Of a stretch of DNA of 64,000 bases, positions 19,567 through 29,390 are shown in pieces. Origin of the DNA: an uncultured Gemmatimonadales bacterium (GTDB taxonomy: Bacteria > Gemmatimonadota > Gemmatimonadetes > Longimicrobiales > RSA9). A program made the translations under genes and the position numbers. The stretch covers positions 128,001-192,000 of the forward strand of contig CAWFKH010000001.1 in NCBI GenBank assembly GCA_963816355.1. The letters run 5' to 3'. The notes under the pieces are model-generated. The model made no database searches. It had not been told where the DNA came from and saw nothing but the letters and a program-made list of their open reading frames with translations. The first letter of the stretch is position 1. Each line of letters starts with the position of its first letter.

Positions 19567-19713
19567 TCAGCCCAGGTAGCCGGCCGCCCGTCCGATCTGA
19601 TAGATCAGCCCCGCGATGATCCCGAGGTACAGCGCCACGGATCCGAGGATCTCGACGGCCGCGAGCGTCAGCGCTTCCTGCCGCTCCCGCCGCTGTGCGA
19701 TCGAGGCAAACAT
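19567..19713 (-). CDS. small (48 aa) membrane protein
   Basis: AAAGGAG RBS; one hydrophobic helix; GC3-biased codons. Confidence 0.65.
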   Translation of the reverse strand: MFASIAQRRERQEALTLAAVEILGSVALYLGIIAGLIYQIGRAAGYLG

Positions 19714-20033
19714 GGTGGTCCGCTCCTTTCCCGGCGCGCGTTCCGCGCGTCCCATCGTGTTCGGTGGGGCGGCAGGCATCGTCCCGCCGTCCCTCGCCGG
19801 TCGTCTCATCGGGGCCCCGATCCGCGACCTCGCCCTCTTTACGGCCGCCGCGTGGCGCCGGTTTCACGTTCCGTCCCGCGCAGCGTCCGATGATAGGACG
19901 CCCCCATGCGCCGGAATGTTGCCGCGGACGCAGGTACGCGGAGGCCACGGCGGAGGAGGAGGCCGCGGTGGCGACGATGGCCGCGAACGCCGCGTTTCCG
20001 ATGGCGCGCGGCGCGGCCGACTCGCCGGAAGCG

Positions 20034-20227
20034 GTTTCACGCGGAGGTCGCGGAGGTCGCGGAGGTCGTTCGCCGCGGTGCAGACTTCGCGAACGGATTG
20101 GTTGGGGCTTCGTCGCGCACCGCGCGTTCGCGGCCGGGAAACCAAACCAGAAGAAGATGCGCGCCGTACAGTGAAGCGGCGTGGCGCCGGTCCGCCCTCC
20201 GCGTCCCCCGCGCCCTCCGCGTGAAAC
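20034..20227. repeat. 194-bp element bounded by 32-bp inverted repeats built from 9-mer units (REP/MITE-like)
   Basis: gtttcacgcggaggtcgcggaggtcgcggagg (20034-20065) and cctccgcgtcccccgcgccctccgcgtgaaac (20196-20227) are 29/32 complementary. Confidence 0.75.
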
Positions 20228-20362
20228 ATTGGAGCCGGCCTCGCCGCGCGCGTTCGGAAGCGCCGCCGGGGCCGCGTCGCCATGCACGGAACTTGCGCCG
20301 CAGCGGCGGCAGGTCGCGCCGGCGGCCATGGTATCCGCCAGACGATTCCGAGGAGAACGGCA

Positions 20363-22729
20363 ATGGCCGCAAACGAAGAGGGCCGCGTACGGCTCCAGGT
20401 CGCGAGCGCGAAGGCACAGGATGTCGGCAAGGGCTTGGCGCGGCTCAGCCAGAAGGCGTTGCGACAGCTGGGGCTACGCGAAGGCGACACGGTGGAGGTG
20501 CAGGGGAAGCGCACCACGGCGGCGATCGCGCTGCAGCCGTACACCGAGGACGAGGGACTCGACCTGATCCGCCTCGACGGGCTCCTGCGCATCAACGCGG
20601 ATGCCGGCATTGGCGACTACGTGGAGGTCGCTCGCGCGGAGGTCAAGGCGGCGCGTCGCGTCGTCCTGGCGCCCGCCCAGAAGAACGTGCGACTCATGGG
20701 TTCGGGCGACATGCTGCGCCGGACGCTCTTCCAGCGGCCGCTGGTGGCGGGCGACATCGTCTCGACGTCGACCATGCGGCGGACCAGCCGCGGCGCGGAC
20801 GGCATCGTGCCGGAGGACATCTTCCGCACCTTCTTCGAGCAGCCCGCCTACGCGCTGCAGGAGATCCGCCTGCGCGTCATCTCGACGGCGCCGCGCGGCA
20901 TCGTGACGGTCGCCGAGGAGACGGAGATCGAGCTGCTGCCGGAGTACGCCGAAGCGGAGGAGGCGGGGCGCGAGGACATCACGTACGACGACGTGGGCGG
21001 CCTGGGCGCGACGATCGATCAGGTTCGCGAGATGATCGAGCTGCCGCTCAAGCACCCGGAGCTCTTCCAGCGCCTCGGCATCGACCCGCCGAAAGGCGTC
21101 CTGCTGCACGGCGCGCCCGGCACCGGCAAGACGCTGCTCGCGCGCGCCGTCGCCAACGAGGCGGAGGCGTCGTTCTTCCACATCGCGGGTCCCGAGATCA
21201 TGGGCCGCTACTACGGCGAGTCCGAGCAGCGGCTGCGCGAGATCTTCCAGCAGGCGGAGCAGCAGGCGCCGTCGATCGTGTTCATCGACGAGATCGACTC
21301 GATCGCGCCGAAGCGGCAGGAGGCGACCGGCGAGGTGGAACGGCGCGTCGTCGCGCAGCTCCTGACGCTGCTCGACGGTCTCGAAGCGCGCAAGAACGTC
21401 GTGGTGATCGGCGCGACGAACCGGCTCAACTCGATCGACGAAGCGCTGCGCCGCCCCGGCCGCTTCGACCGCGAGATCGTGATCGGCGTGCCGGACGCGG
21501 CCGGGCGGCGGGAAGTGCTCGGCATCCACATGCGGGGCATGCCGCTCGCCGAGGGTGTGGAGCTGGAGGAGCTGGCACGCACCACGTACGGCTTCGTCGG
21601 CGCCGACCTCGCCGCGCTGGCGCGCGAGGCCGCGATCGAGGCGCTGCGGCGTTACCTGCCGCAGATCGACCTGAGCCGCAACGAGATCCCGCGCGACGTG
21701 CTGGAGCAGCTCCGCGTCACCCGCGACGACTTCATGAAGGCGCTCAAACGCGTGCAGCCTTCCGCCGTGCGCGAGATCATGATCCAGGTTCCGGACGTGA
21801 AGTGGGACGACGTCGGCGGCCTGCAGGAGGCGAAGGACCTGCTGCGAGAGGGCGTCGAGCTGCCGCTGCGCCACCCGGAGGCGTTCCGTCGCATCGGGAT
21901 CCGGCCGGCAAAGGGGTTCCTCCTCTTCGGCCCGCCCGGCACCGGCAAGACGCTCCTCGCCAAGGCCGTCGCCCGCGAGGCGGAAGCGAACTTCATCGCG
22001 ATGAAGGCGTCCGACCTGCTCTCCAAATGGTACGGCGAGTCGGAGCAGCAGGTCTCGCGCCTCTTCGGCCGCGCCCGCCAGGTCGCGCCGACCGTCATCT
22101 TCCTCGACGAGATCGACTCGCTCGCGCCGCAGCGGGGAGGCGGCCTCGGCGAGCCGGCCGTGACCGAGCGCGTCGTCAACACGCTGCTCTCCGAGATGGA
22201 CGGACTCGAGGAACTGCAGGGCGTGGTCGTGATCGGCGCGACGAACCGGCCCACGCTGCTCGACCCCGCGCTGCTCCGGCCCGGCCGCTTCGACGAGCTC
22301 CTCTACGTGGGCGTGCCCGAGCGCGAGGGTCGGCTGCACATCCTGCGCATCCACACGGCCGCGATGCCGCTCGCCGCCGACGTGGACCTGGCTCCGATCG
22401 CGGACCGCACGCACGGCTACACCGGCGCCGACCTGGAGGACCTCGTCCGCCGCGCCGGGCTGCAGGCGCTGCGCGCGGACCTCGACGTGGCCGAGATCCC
22501 GATGCGCTACTTCGAGGCCGCGCTCGAGGAGACCGGCGCCTCCGTCACGCCGGAGATGGAGCGCGAGTACCGCGAGCTCGCCGAGACGCTCAAGCACGAA
22601 AGCCCCCGAGGGCCGCGCCGCATCGGATTCGCCGTGGACGATCGGGGCGACGGCGCGGCCGCCGGTGGGGACGGCGCGCGCCGCGAGGCCGCCGCGGCAC
22701 GGGGACGCGCCGCGGACGACCCGCGATAG
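20363..22729 (+). CDS. CDC48/VCP-family AAA+ ATPase
   Basis: double-psi N domain; two AAA modules (GAPGTGKT and GPPGTGKT; FIDEIDS; LRRPGRFD); GAGGAG RBS. Confidence 0.95.
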   Translation: MAANEEGRVRLQVASAKAQDVGKGLARLSQKALRQLGLREGDTVEVQGKRTTAAIALQPYTEDEGLDLIRLDGLLRINADAGIGDYVEVARAEVKAARRVVLAPAQKNVRLMGSGDMLRRTLFQRPLVAGDIVSTSTMRRTSRGADGIVPEDIFRTFFEQPAYALQEIRLRVISTAPRGIVTVAEETEIELLPEYAEAEEAGREDITYDDVGGLGATIDQVREMIELPLKHPELFQRLGIDPPKGVLLHGAPGTGKTLLARAVANEAEASFFHIAGPEIMGRYYGESEQRLREIFQQAEQQAPSIVFIDEIDSIAPKRQEATGEVERRVVAQLLTLLDGLEARKNVVVIGATNRLNSIDEALRRPGRFDREIVIGVPDAAGRREVLGIHMRGMPLAEGVELEELARTTYGFVGADLAALAREAAIEALRRYLPQIDLSRNEIPRDVLEQLRVTRDDFMKALKRVQPSAVREIMIQVPDVKWDDVGGLQEAKDLLREGVELPLRHPEAFRRIGIRPAKGFLLFGPPGTGKTLLAKAVAREAEANFIAMKASDLLSKWYGESEQQVSRLFGRARQVAPTVIFLDEIDSLAPQRGGGLGEPAVTERVVNTLLSEMDGLEELQGVVVIGATNRPTLLDPALLRPGRFDELLYVGVPEREGRLHILRIHTAAMPLAADVDLAPIADRTHGYTGADLEDLVRRAGLQALRADLDVAEIPMRYFEAALEETGASVTPEMEREYRELAETLKHESPRGPRRIGFAVDDRGDGAAAGGDGARREAAAARGRAADDPR

Positions 22730-22855
22730 GGCGCCCGTCCCGCCATTGATCCGCTCCACCCCGACGTGCATGTTGACCGCGCCGCGGGCGACGATCCGCG
22801 CGGGCCGCTCGCCGCTCGCGCCGCGGTCGCCCCCCTTCCCGTGACCGAAGGAACG

Positions 22856-23438
22856 ATGCCGGGCGACGCACCGCTGAAGCCGGGATTCGCGGACGACGCG
22901 CTGCCCCACGTCGGGGCGGTCTTCCGCTTCGCCGCACGCCTCGCCGGTGGCCGGACGGACCGCGCGACCGCCGCCGTGCATGAGACGTTCGCGCGCGCCC
23001 ACCGCGACTGGAGGGGATGGGCCGCGTGGGCCGGCCTGCCGGCTCTGGCTGCTCGCGATCTGCCGCGCCGTGTGCGCTCCGGACGGCGCGGACGGAGATG
23101 GGGGATCCGGCGTCCCGCTCGAGCCGCTTCCCGTACGGCATCTTCTCGAGCGCTGCTCCCTGCCGCATCCGGAATCCGCGTTCTTCGACGCGTTCGTCGA
23201 CGCCGAGGTGATCGGCGCGATCGACGCGCTGCCCCACGAGCTGAGGGAGGTGATCGCGCTGGCGGACCTGGACGGACTCTCCTACGCGGCGCTCGCGGAT
23301 GTGATCGGCGTGCCGGTCGAGACCGCCAAGCGCCGGCTCTTCCGCGGCCGGCGCCTGCTGCAGGAGCGGCTCTACCGCTACGCGGCCGATTCCGGCTTCC
23401 TCGCGGGCGGCGCGGCGCCGCGGAGCGCGTTCACGTGA
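22856..23438 (+). pseudogene. ECF RNA polymerase sigma factor (SigH/SigR-like), one extra base at about 23018 shifts the frame; divergent region 2
   Basis: FADDALPHVGAVFRFAARL in one frame; LWLLAICR…AIDALPHELREVIALADLDGLSY…GVPVETAKRRLFRGR in the next. Confidence 0.75.
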
Positions 23439-23719
23439 TCGGCGCGGCCGCGCTCGCGTGCGCCGACACCCTCCCGCTGCTTTGGGAGCTGATCGATCAC
23501 GAGCTGGCGCCCGACGTAGCCGAGCGCGTGCGCGCGCACCTCGCCGTCTGCCCGCGCTGCTTTCCGCAGTACGATTTCCAGCGCGCGTTCGTCGTGTTCC
23601 TGCGGCGCAGCGGCGAGACGCCGGTCCCCGCGGACCTGCCGGAACGCGTGCGGGAGCGGCTCGCGCCCGAGAGGGCAGGGGCGTGCGGAGCGGCGCACCG
23701 GCCCGGCGGCGCCCGTTGA
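23435..23719 (+). CDS. zf-HC2 (ZAS) anti-sigma factor
   Basis: C…LWELIDHEL…HLAVCPRC (HxxxCxxC); GTGA overlap with the sigma stop. Confidence 0.85.
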   Translation: MIGAAALACADTLPLLWELIDHELAPDVAERVRAHLAVCPRCFPQYDFQRAFVVFLRRSGETPVPADLPERVRERLAPERAGACGAAHRPGGAR

Positions 23720-23730
23720 GCGCGACGCCG

Positions 23731-24918
23731 ATGGTGCCGACCGCCCTCGTCTGGTCCGAGCAGCTCGCGACCTATGGCTTCCGGCCGGGACACCCGCTCA
23801 ACCCCGTCCGCGTTCGGCTCACGGTCGAGCTGATCCGCCGGCTCGGTCTGCTCGACGATGGCGACGTCCTCGCGCCGCGCGACGCGAGCGACGAAGAGCT
23901 GGCCCTGGTTCACTCCCCCGAGTACATCGAGGCGGTCAAGCGCCTCTCCGCGCCGCAGCCGGAGCCGGCCGACGCCGCCGACGCGCGCCGCTGGGGCATC
24001 GGCACCGACGACGTCCCGATCGTCGCCGGCATGGACGCCATGTCGCGCCGCGTCGTCGGCGCCACGCTCGTCGCCGCGGAAGCCGTGCTGGACGGCCGCT
24101 TCCGGCGCGCGTTCAATCCGGCGGGCGGCCTGCACCACGCGCACCGCGCGGCCGCCTCCGGCTTCTGCGTCTACAACGACCTCGCCGTCGCGATTGCCTG
24201 GATGCGCCGCGCCGGCGGGCCGCGCCCCCGCGTGATGTACATCGACTACGACGCGCACCACGGCGACGGCGTCCAGGAGGCCTTCTGGGACGACCCGGAC
24301 GTGCTCACCGTCTCCTTCCACGAGAGCCCCAGCTACCTCTTCCCCGGCACCGGATGGGTGGAGGAGCTGGGCGACGGCGCCGGGCACGGCTACGCGGTCA
24401 ACGTGCCGCTCGACGCGCACACCGGCGACGCCTCCTTCCACCGCCTCTTCGCGGAACTCGTGCCGACCCTCGCGGACGCCTTCCGTCCGGACGTGATCGT
24501 GCTGCAGAACGGCTGCGACACTCACTGGAAGGACCCGCTCACGCACATGCGCTGCACCACGCGCCTCTACGAGCGTCTCGTACGGCTCGTCGGCGACGTC
24601 GCGAACCGCCACTGCGAGGGGCGGATCGTCGCGACCGGCGGCGGCGGCTACGCGGTCTACGAGGTGGTGCCGCGCGCCTGGACGCTCGTGTGGGCCGCGC
24701 TGCGAGGCGAGGCCGCCCCCGACGCGATCCCGCGCGATTGGCTCGACGCGATCCTCGCCGAGCACGGCGTGCTCGTTCCCGTCACGTTGCGCGATCCGGA
24801 GGGCTCGCTCGAGCCCTCGCCGCGTGAGGACGCGGCCGCGGAGCGCAACCTCCGGACCCTCGAGGCCGTCAGGCGGCAGGCCGTGCCCCTGCTCACCGGT
24901 TGGAGCCTGGGCTTCTGA
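23731..24918 (+). CDS. acuC: AcuC-like zinc-dependent deacetylase (HDAC family); alternative TTG start at 23716
   Basis: GHPLNP.R, NPAGGLHHA, SGFCVYND, DYDAHHGDGVQ, LFPGTG, GCD.H..DPL and GGGGY motifs. Confidence 0.92.
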   Translation: MVPTALVWSEQLATYGFRPGHPLNPVRVRLTVELIRRLGLLDDGDVLAPRDASDEELALVHSPEYIEAVKRLSAPQPEPADAADARRWGIGTDDVPIVAGMDAMSRRVVGATLVAAEAVLDGRFRRAFNPAGGLHHAHRAAASGFCVYNDLAVAIAWMRRAGGPRPRVMYIDYDAHHGDGVQEAFWDDPDVLTVSFHESPSYLFPGTGWVEELGDGAGHGYAVNVPLDAHTGDASFHRLFAELVPTLADAFRPDVIVLQNGCDTHWKDPLTHMRCTTRLYERLVRLVGDVANRHCEGRIVATGGGGYAVYEVVPRAWTLVWAALRGEAAPDAIPRDWLDAILAEHGVLVPVTLRDPEGSLEPSPREDAAAERNLRTLEAVRRQAVPLLTGWSLGF

Positions 24919-25451
24919 TGGCGGAGGAAGCGCCCGTCCTGCTCACCCTCCTCGACAAGCGCGGCGGCGCGTTCACGATCCGCACGATGCGCCCCGCCGA
25001 CCGCGTCGCGCTCGAGGAGATGTACGTCGACTTCCGCCCGAAGCGGATGGCGCAGGGGCTGCCGCCCGACAGCGAGCTCGCCCTGCGCCGCTGGCTCGAC
25101 CGCGTCCTCGCCGGCGCAGACCACCTGCTCGTCGACGTCGCCGGCGAAGTGATGGGGCACGGCATGCTCATCCCCATCGACGAGCACTCCGCCGAGCTGG
25201 CGAACTTCCTCCATCACGCGGTGCGCAACCGCGGCATCGGCACCGCGCTCAACGATGCGCTCGTCGACCTCGCCGCCGTGCGCGGCTACGCGCGCGTCTG
25301 GCTGTCCGTCGAGCCGTGGAACCGCGCCGCGGTCCGCTCCTACGAGAAGTCCGGATTCCGGCGACTGCCCGGCTCCCTCTGGTCGCCGGAGCTCGAGATG
25401 GAGGTACGGCTTCACTCCCAGCGCGCTTCCTCGACGAGCCGGTCACCGTAG
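24918..25451 (+). CDS. GNAT-family N-acetyltransferase
   Basis: RNRGIGTAL acetyl-CoA motif; N.AAVRSYEKSGF; TGATG coupling to acuC. Confidence 0.88.
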   Translation: MAEEAPVLLTLLDKRGGAFTIRTMRPADRVALEEMYVDFRPKRMAQGLPPDSELALRRWLDRVLAGADHLLVDVAGEVMGHGMLIPIDEHSAELANFLHHAVRNRGIGTALNDALVDLAAVRGYARVWLSVEPWNRAAVRSYEKSGFRRLPGSLWSPELEMEVRLHSQRASSTSRSP

Positions 25452-27334
25452 TACGCCGCCGGGATGGGCCCCTGGCGTGCGACGCGGCGCGCGAAATCCG
25501 CGTCGTCGATCCCGCCGTCGCGCGCGGCGGCCACCGCGCCGTGCAGCCGCTCCAGCGATTCCTTCCCCAGCGCGTAAGCGATCGCCTGCGTCGGCCACTT
25601 CGTGTACCGGTACACCTCGCGTTCGGCGTCGCGCAGCACGGCCGCCGCCGCGCCATCGCTCGCCGCCCGCCCTCGGGCGTCCGGCATGAACGCAACAATG
25701 TCGCAGAGCTCGTCGACGGCGGCGGCGAACGTGATGCGGCCCGTATGGAGCGCGATGTCGAGGCGCAGGCGGAGCGTACGCAGGAGCTGCGCGATCGTCT
25801 CGTGCAGGTACTCCGCGGGCGCATACAGCCCTCCCTCGATCGGCCGGGCGACGCGCTCCTCCGCCCACAGGGCCCACCCTTCGACCGCGGGCGCGTTGTG
25901 CCACATCGATCCCGAGTCGTCGGCGCCGCCGGGCGACAGCCAGCGCACGTAAGGGATCTCCGCCGCATGGCGGCCCATCGCACGGTAGTGCCACGCGTGG
26001 CCCGGGAGGGCCTCGTGCGCGGCGAGCGGCGCGAGGGCGGCGCGCGGCAGAAGACGCAGCGCGGCCCGGTCGTCGCCCGTCGGGGTGAGCCACAGCCGGT
26101 CTCCGCCCCGGCCGAGCAGCGGCGGCGCCGGGTCGTAGGCCGCGATGGTCGCGGTGCGCAACAGCGGCGGTGTGGGCTCGACCTCTGGGGGACGTTCGTC
26201 GGCGTCGATCCAGCCGGCGTCGCGGGCCCACGCCGCCGCGCGCGCGACCGCGTCCCGGTACGCCGCGAACAGCTCGGCATCCGACGACGGCGCGTCGCGC
26301 GCGACGTCGTCGAGCACGACGCGCACGGCCGCCGCGCGCCGCGCGCCGCTCCAGTCGAGCGAGAGGCCGCGCTGGCGCGCGACGACGGACGCCGCCTCGA
26401 TCACCCTCTCGCGCGCCTGCGCGATCCCCCCGGCCGCGTGCTCGAGGAGCGCCTCGACGCCCCGCGTCTCGCGGAAGTTGTTGCGCAGCCGCCACTCGTA
26501 CTCCGCCTCGCCGATCGCGAACCGGTCGGCGTCTCCGTCCGCATCGAACGTGCGGCCGAGGAAGTCCGCGAACGAGTCGTACGCGTCCGCGGCCTGCGCC
26601 GCGGCGGCGTCCAGGTCCACGAGGATGTCGGCCGCGAAAGCGCGGTCGCGAATGCCTCGCCGCGCGCTCGCGGGCAGCGCCTCGCGCAGGTGGGACGCGG
26701 CGGCACGGCTGCCCCGGATCCCGTCGATGCGGACGAGGCGGTGGTCCGGCGGATGGCCGGCGGCGCGGCCGGCGAGAAGGTTCTGGCGCGCGGCGCGCAG
26801 GTGGCCGGCGACCGCCGCGACCCGGTCCGCCACGCGGCGCCACGCCTCCGCGTCGCCCCGGCCCTCCCCCGCCGGCTGCATGTTCGAGATCTGCCGCTCG
26901 ACGCCCCGCACCGGCGCTGCGACGTATGCGTCCACGCCGCGCTCGTGATGACGCAGGTCCTCGAGCTGGTGCAGCAGGAAGGCGAGCTGCGCGTCCACGA
27001 CCTCGCGGTCGACGCGGTCCGTGGCGGCGAGCGCCTCCGGCGCCAGGCCCCGCAGCTCGCGCTGGAGCGAGCGCCAGAGCGCGATCTCCTCGTCGACCGC
27101 GGCGGGCGCCGCGGCGCGCAGCCGCGCATCCAGCGCCGCGAGCCGGGGATCGAAGCCGGCCGCCCCGAGGTGGGTGGCGAGCGTCGGATACCTCTCGAGC
27201 ACCTTGTGGAAGTAGCGCTCCCGCAGGCCCGCAAAGCCGCCGCCGCGCCGCGGGTCCTGCTCCTCGTCCGGGCCGAGCACACCGAACGAGAGCATCGCCC
27301 GCGCCGCCTCGCGGAAGAACGCCCGCCGCTCCAT
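25412..27334 (-). CDS. DUF885-family metallopeptidase-like protein with Tat-like leader
   Basis: MERRAFF leader; HEALPGH, EGWALWAE, RL.LDIALH and PTQAIAY motifs. Confidence 0.85.
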   Translation of the reverse strand: MERRAFFREAARAMLSFGVLGPDEEQDPRRGGGFAGLRERYFHKVLERYPTLATHLGAAGFDPRLAALDARLRAAAPAAVDEEIALWRSLQRELRGLAPEALAATDRVDREVVDAQLAFLLHQLEDLRHHERGVDAYVAAPVRGVERQISNMQPAGEGRGDAEAWRRVADRVAAVAGHLRAARQNLLAGRAAGHPPDHRLVRIDGIRGSRAAASHLREALPASARRGIRDRAFAADILVDLDAAAAQAADAYDSFADFLGRTFDADGDADRFAIGEAEYEWRLRNNFRETRGVEALLEHAAGGIAQARERVIEAASVVARQRGLSLDWSGARRAAAVRVVLDDVARDAPSSDAELFAAYRDAVARAAAWARDAGWIDADERPPEVEPTPPLLRTATIAAYDPAPPLLGRGGDRLWLTPTGDDRAALRLLPRAALAPLAAHEALPGHAWHYRAMGRHAAEIPYVRWLSPGGADDSGSMWHNAPAVEGWALWAEERVARPIEGGLYAPAEYLHETIAQLLRTLRLRLDIALHTGRITFAAAVDELCDIVAFMPDARGRAASDGAAAAVLRDAEREVYRYTKWPTQAIAYALGKESLERLHGAVAAARDGGIDDADFARRVARQGPIPAAYYGDRLVEEARWE

Positions 27335-27347
27335 CGTCACCGCGTGG

Positions 27348-29308
27348 TCACTGCGCGCGTTCGTCGGCCGTCCCGCGCACGCGGCGGTGACGCGGGCGGG
27401 CGGGCGGTTCCTGCCCGCTTCGCCGCTCGGCACGTCGCTCGTCACCCGCGTCCGTCTCCGGCCCCGCCGGCGCCGGCGCCGGCGGCGGCACGGGCGGAGA
27501 CCCGGCCGCCGGAGCGTTCGCGGCGCGCGGGATCCAGAAGCGGATCGTCGTTCCCTCGCCGGGCCGGCTCTCCGCCTCGATGCGGCCGCCGTGCGCCTCC
27601 ACGATGCCGCGGCAGATGGCGAGGCCGAGGCCCGCCCCCTGTCGCGGCGCGCTGCGACCCTGCCAGAAGGGGACGAAGAGGCTCGGCAGCTCGTCTTCGG
27701 GGATTCCCGCGCCCTCGTCGGCGACGTCGAAGCGTACCGCATCGTCGGCGGCCGCCTCGGCGCCGAGGCGGATGTGGCCGTCGGCCGGGGTGAAGCGGAT
27801 CGCGTTGGCGACGAGGTTCGAGAAGACCTGCTGTATGCGGTCGCGGTCGGCCGCCAGCTTGCCCGCATGGGGCGCGGCGTGCGCTTCGAGGACGATCCCC
27901 TTCTCCGCCGCGAGCGGCTCGTTGAGCTCGACCGCCTCGACGACGAGGCGGGCTGCGTCGCAGCGCTCCGGGCTGATCGTGAGACGGCCGCGCTGGATGC
28001 GCCCTACCTCGAGCAGGTCGCGGATCAATCGGCTCGCCTGCTCGACGGAACGGCGGATCAGGCCGATCTGCTTGCGCACCCGGCCGAAATCCTCGACTCC
28101 CTGCTCCATGCGCATGTCCATCAGCTCCGCCGACATCAGGATCGCGTTCAGCGGATTGCGCAGGTCGTGCGAGACGACGGCCAGGACCTCGTCGCGGATG
28201 CGGACGGCCTGCTCGGCGTCCCGCCGCGCCGTGCGCTCGCGCTCGAGCAGCGACAGACGCTCGCGCTCGACGCGCCGTCGCTCCGTCGCGTCGCTGAAGA
28301 CGACGACCACGCCGACGACCTGGCCGCCGCGCCGCAGCGGCGACGCCGCGTACTCGACCGGAAGCGGCTCGCCGTCGCGGCACCAGAGCGTCTCGTCCGC
28401 CCCCGGCGTCGCCACGCCGCTCTCGGATGCGGCCACGACCGGGCACGCCTCGCGAGGGTACGGCGAGCCATCCGGGCGCCGGTGGTGGATGAGGTCGTGG
28501 AGGTCGCGCCCCAGGAGATCGGACGCTTCGTAGCCGAGCAGGGCGCACGCCGCGCGGTTCACGAAGGTGCACCGGCCCGCGGCATCGAGCACGTAATGCC
28601 CTCCGACGTCGACTCCAGCATCGCCGTCTTCTCGCGCCGCTCGCGCTCCGCGGCGGCTCGCCCCGCCGCCAGCTCGCGCCCGAGCCACAGGACGATCGTC
28701 ACGGAGCCGAGCGCGAGCAGGACGAGGAAGAATGCGACGCCCCGCTGCAGCCGGTCGAGGCGGTCGATGCGGGCCCGCCGCTGCGCGGTGATCGCCTGCA
28801 GCCGTCGCTCCAACGAATCCGCGGAGGCGAGCACGCCCTCGTAGAGCCGCTCGTGCCGCTCGAGAGCCGCCGGCAGCAGCGTCGGGTCGGCAGCGTCTGC
28901 GATGATCTCGGCGTTGAGCGAGTGCCACTCGGCGGACGCGGAATCGAGCGCGAGGAGCGCAGGAGCTTCGGCGGCGCCCAACTCCCGCATCAGCGGCTGC
29001 AGGCGGCCGAACGCGGCACGCTCCGTCTCGTACGCGGCGCGGTAGCGCCGCACGAAGCGGGGACTGCGCGCGAGGACGTAGGCGCGCAGCGCGCCCACCT
29101 GCCGCGCCTGCGCGAACTCGATCTGACCGAGTGCGGTCCGCGCCGGCTCCGCGACATCGGCGATCTCCCGCCGCAGCGCGGTCGTTCTGCGGGAGACGAC
29201 GATCGGCAGGAGCAGCAACGAAAGGAGCGAAATGACGACGACCGCCACCGGCAGGCCGCTCCACAGGCGGCCCGGCAGGTATCTCAGGTCGAAGCCCTTT
29301 TCCTCCAT
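27348..29308 (-). CDS. membrane sensor histidine kinase (CHASE3-like, PAS, HisKA, HATPase); one base missing at about 28595
   Basis: TM-periplasmic-TM N-part ending ESTSEGI; next frame YVLDAAGRCTFVN (PAS), SHDLRNPL, NLVANAIRF, DEGAGIP and GAGLGLAI. Confidence 0.82.
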
Positions 29309-29390
29309 CACGGCTCCCCCGGACGGTCGCACCATCGCTCCGCGGGCCTGCTGCCGCTCCCGCCACGCTCACCGGACAAGATAGCGATTC

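Noticed and set aside
19860..20228. gtttcacg/cgtgaaac as parS sites
   Set aside because: Only half-sites, not the contiguous 16-bp palindrome; two of them belong to the inverted-repeat element
20282..20296. sigma54 promoter (atgcacggaacttgc) upstream of CDC48
   Set aside because: Lacks the invariant GG at -24
22766..23719. 317-aa ORF as a single genuine gene
   Set aside because: The middle section is off-frame nonsense; better explained as a frameshifted sigma plus a separate anti-sigma
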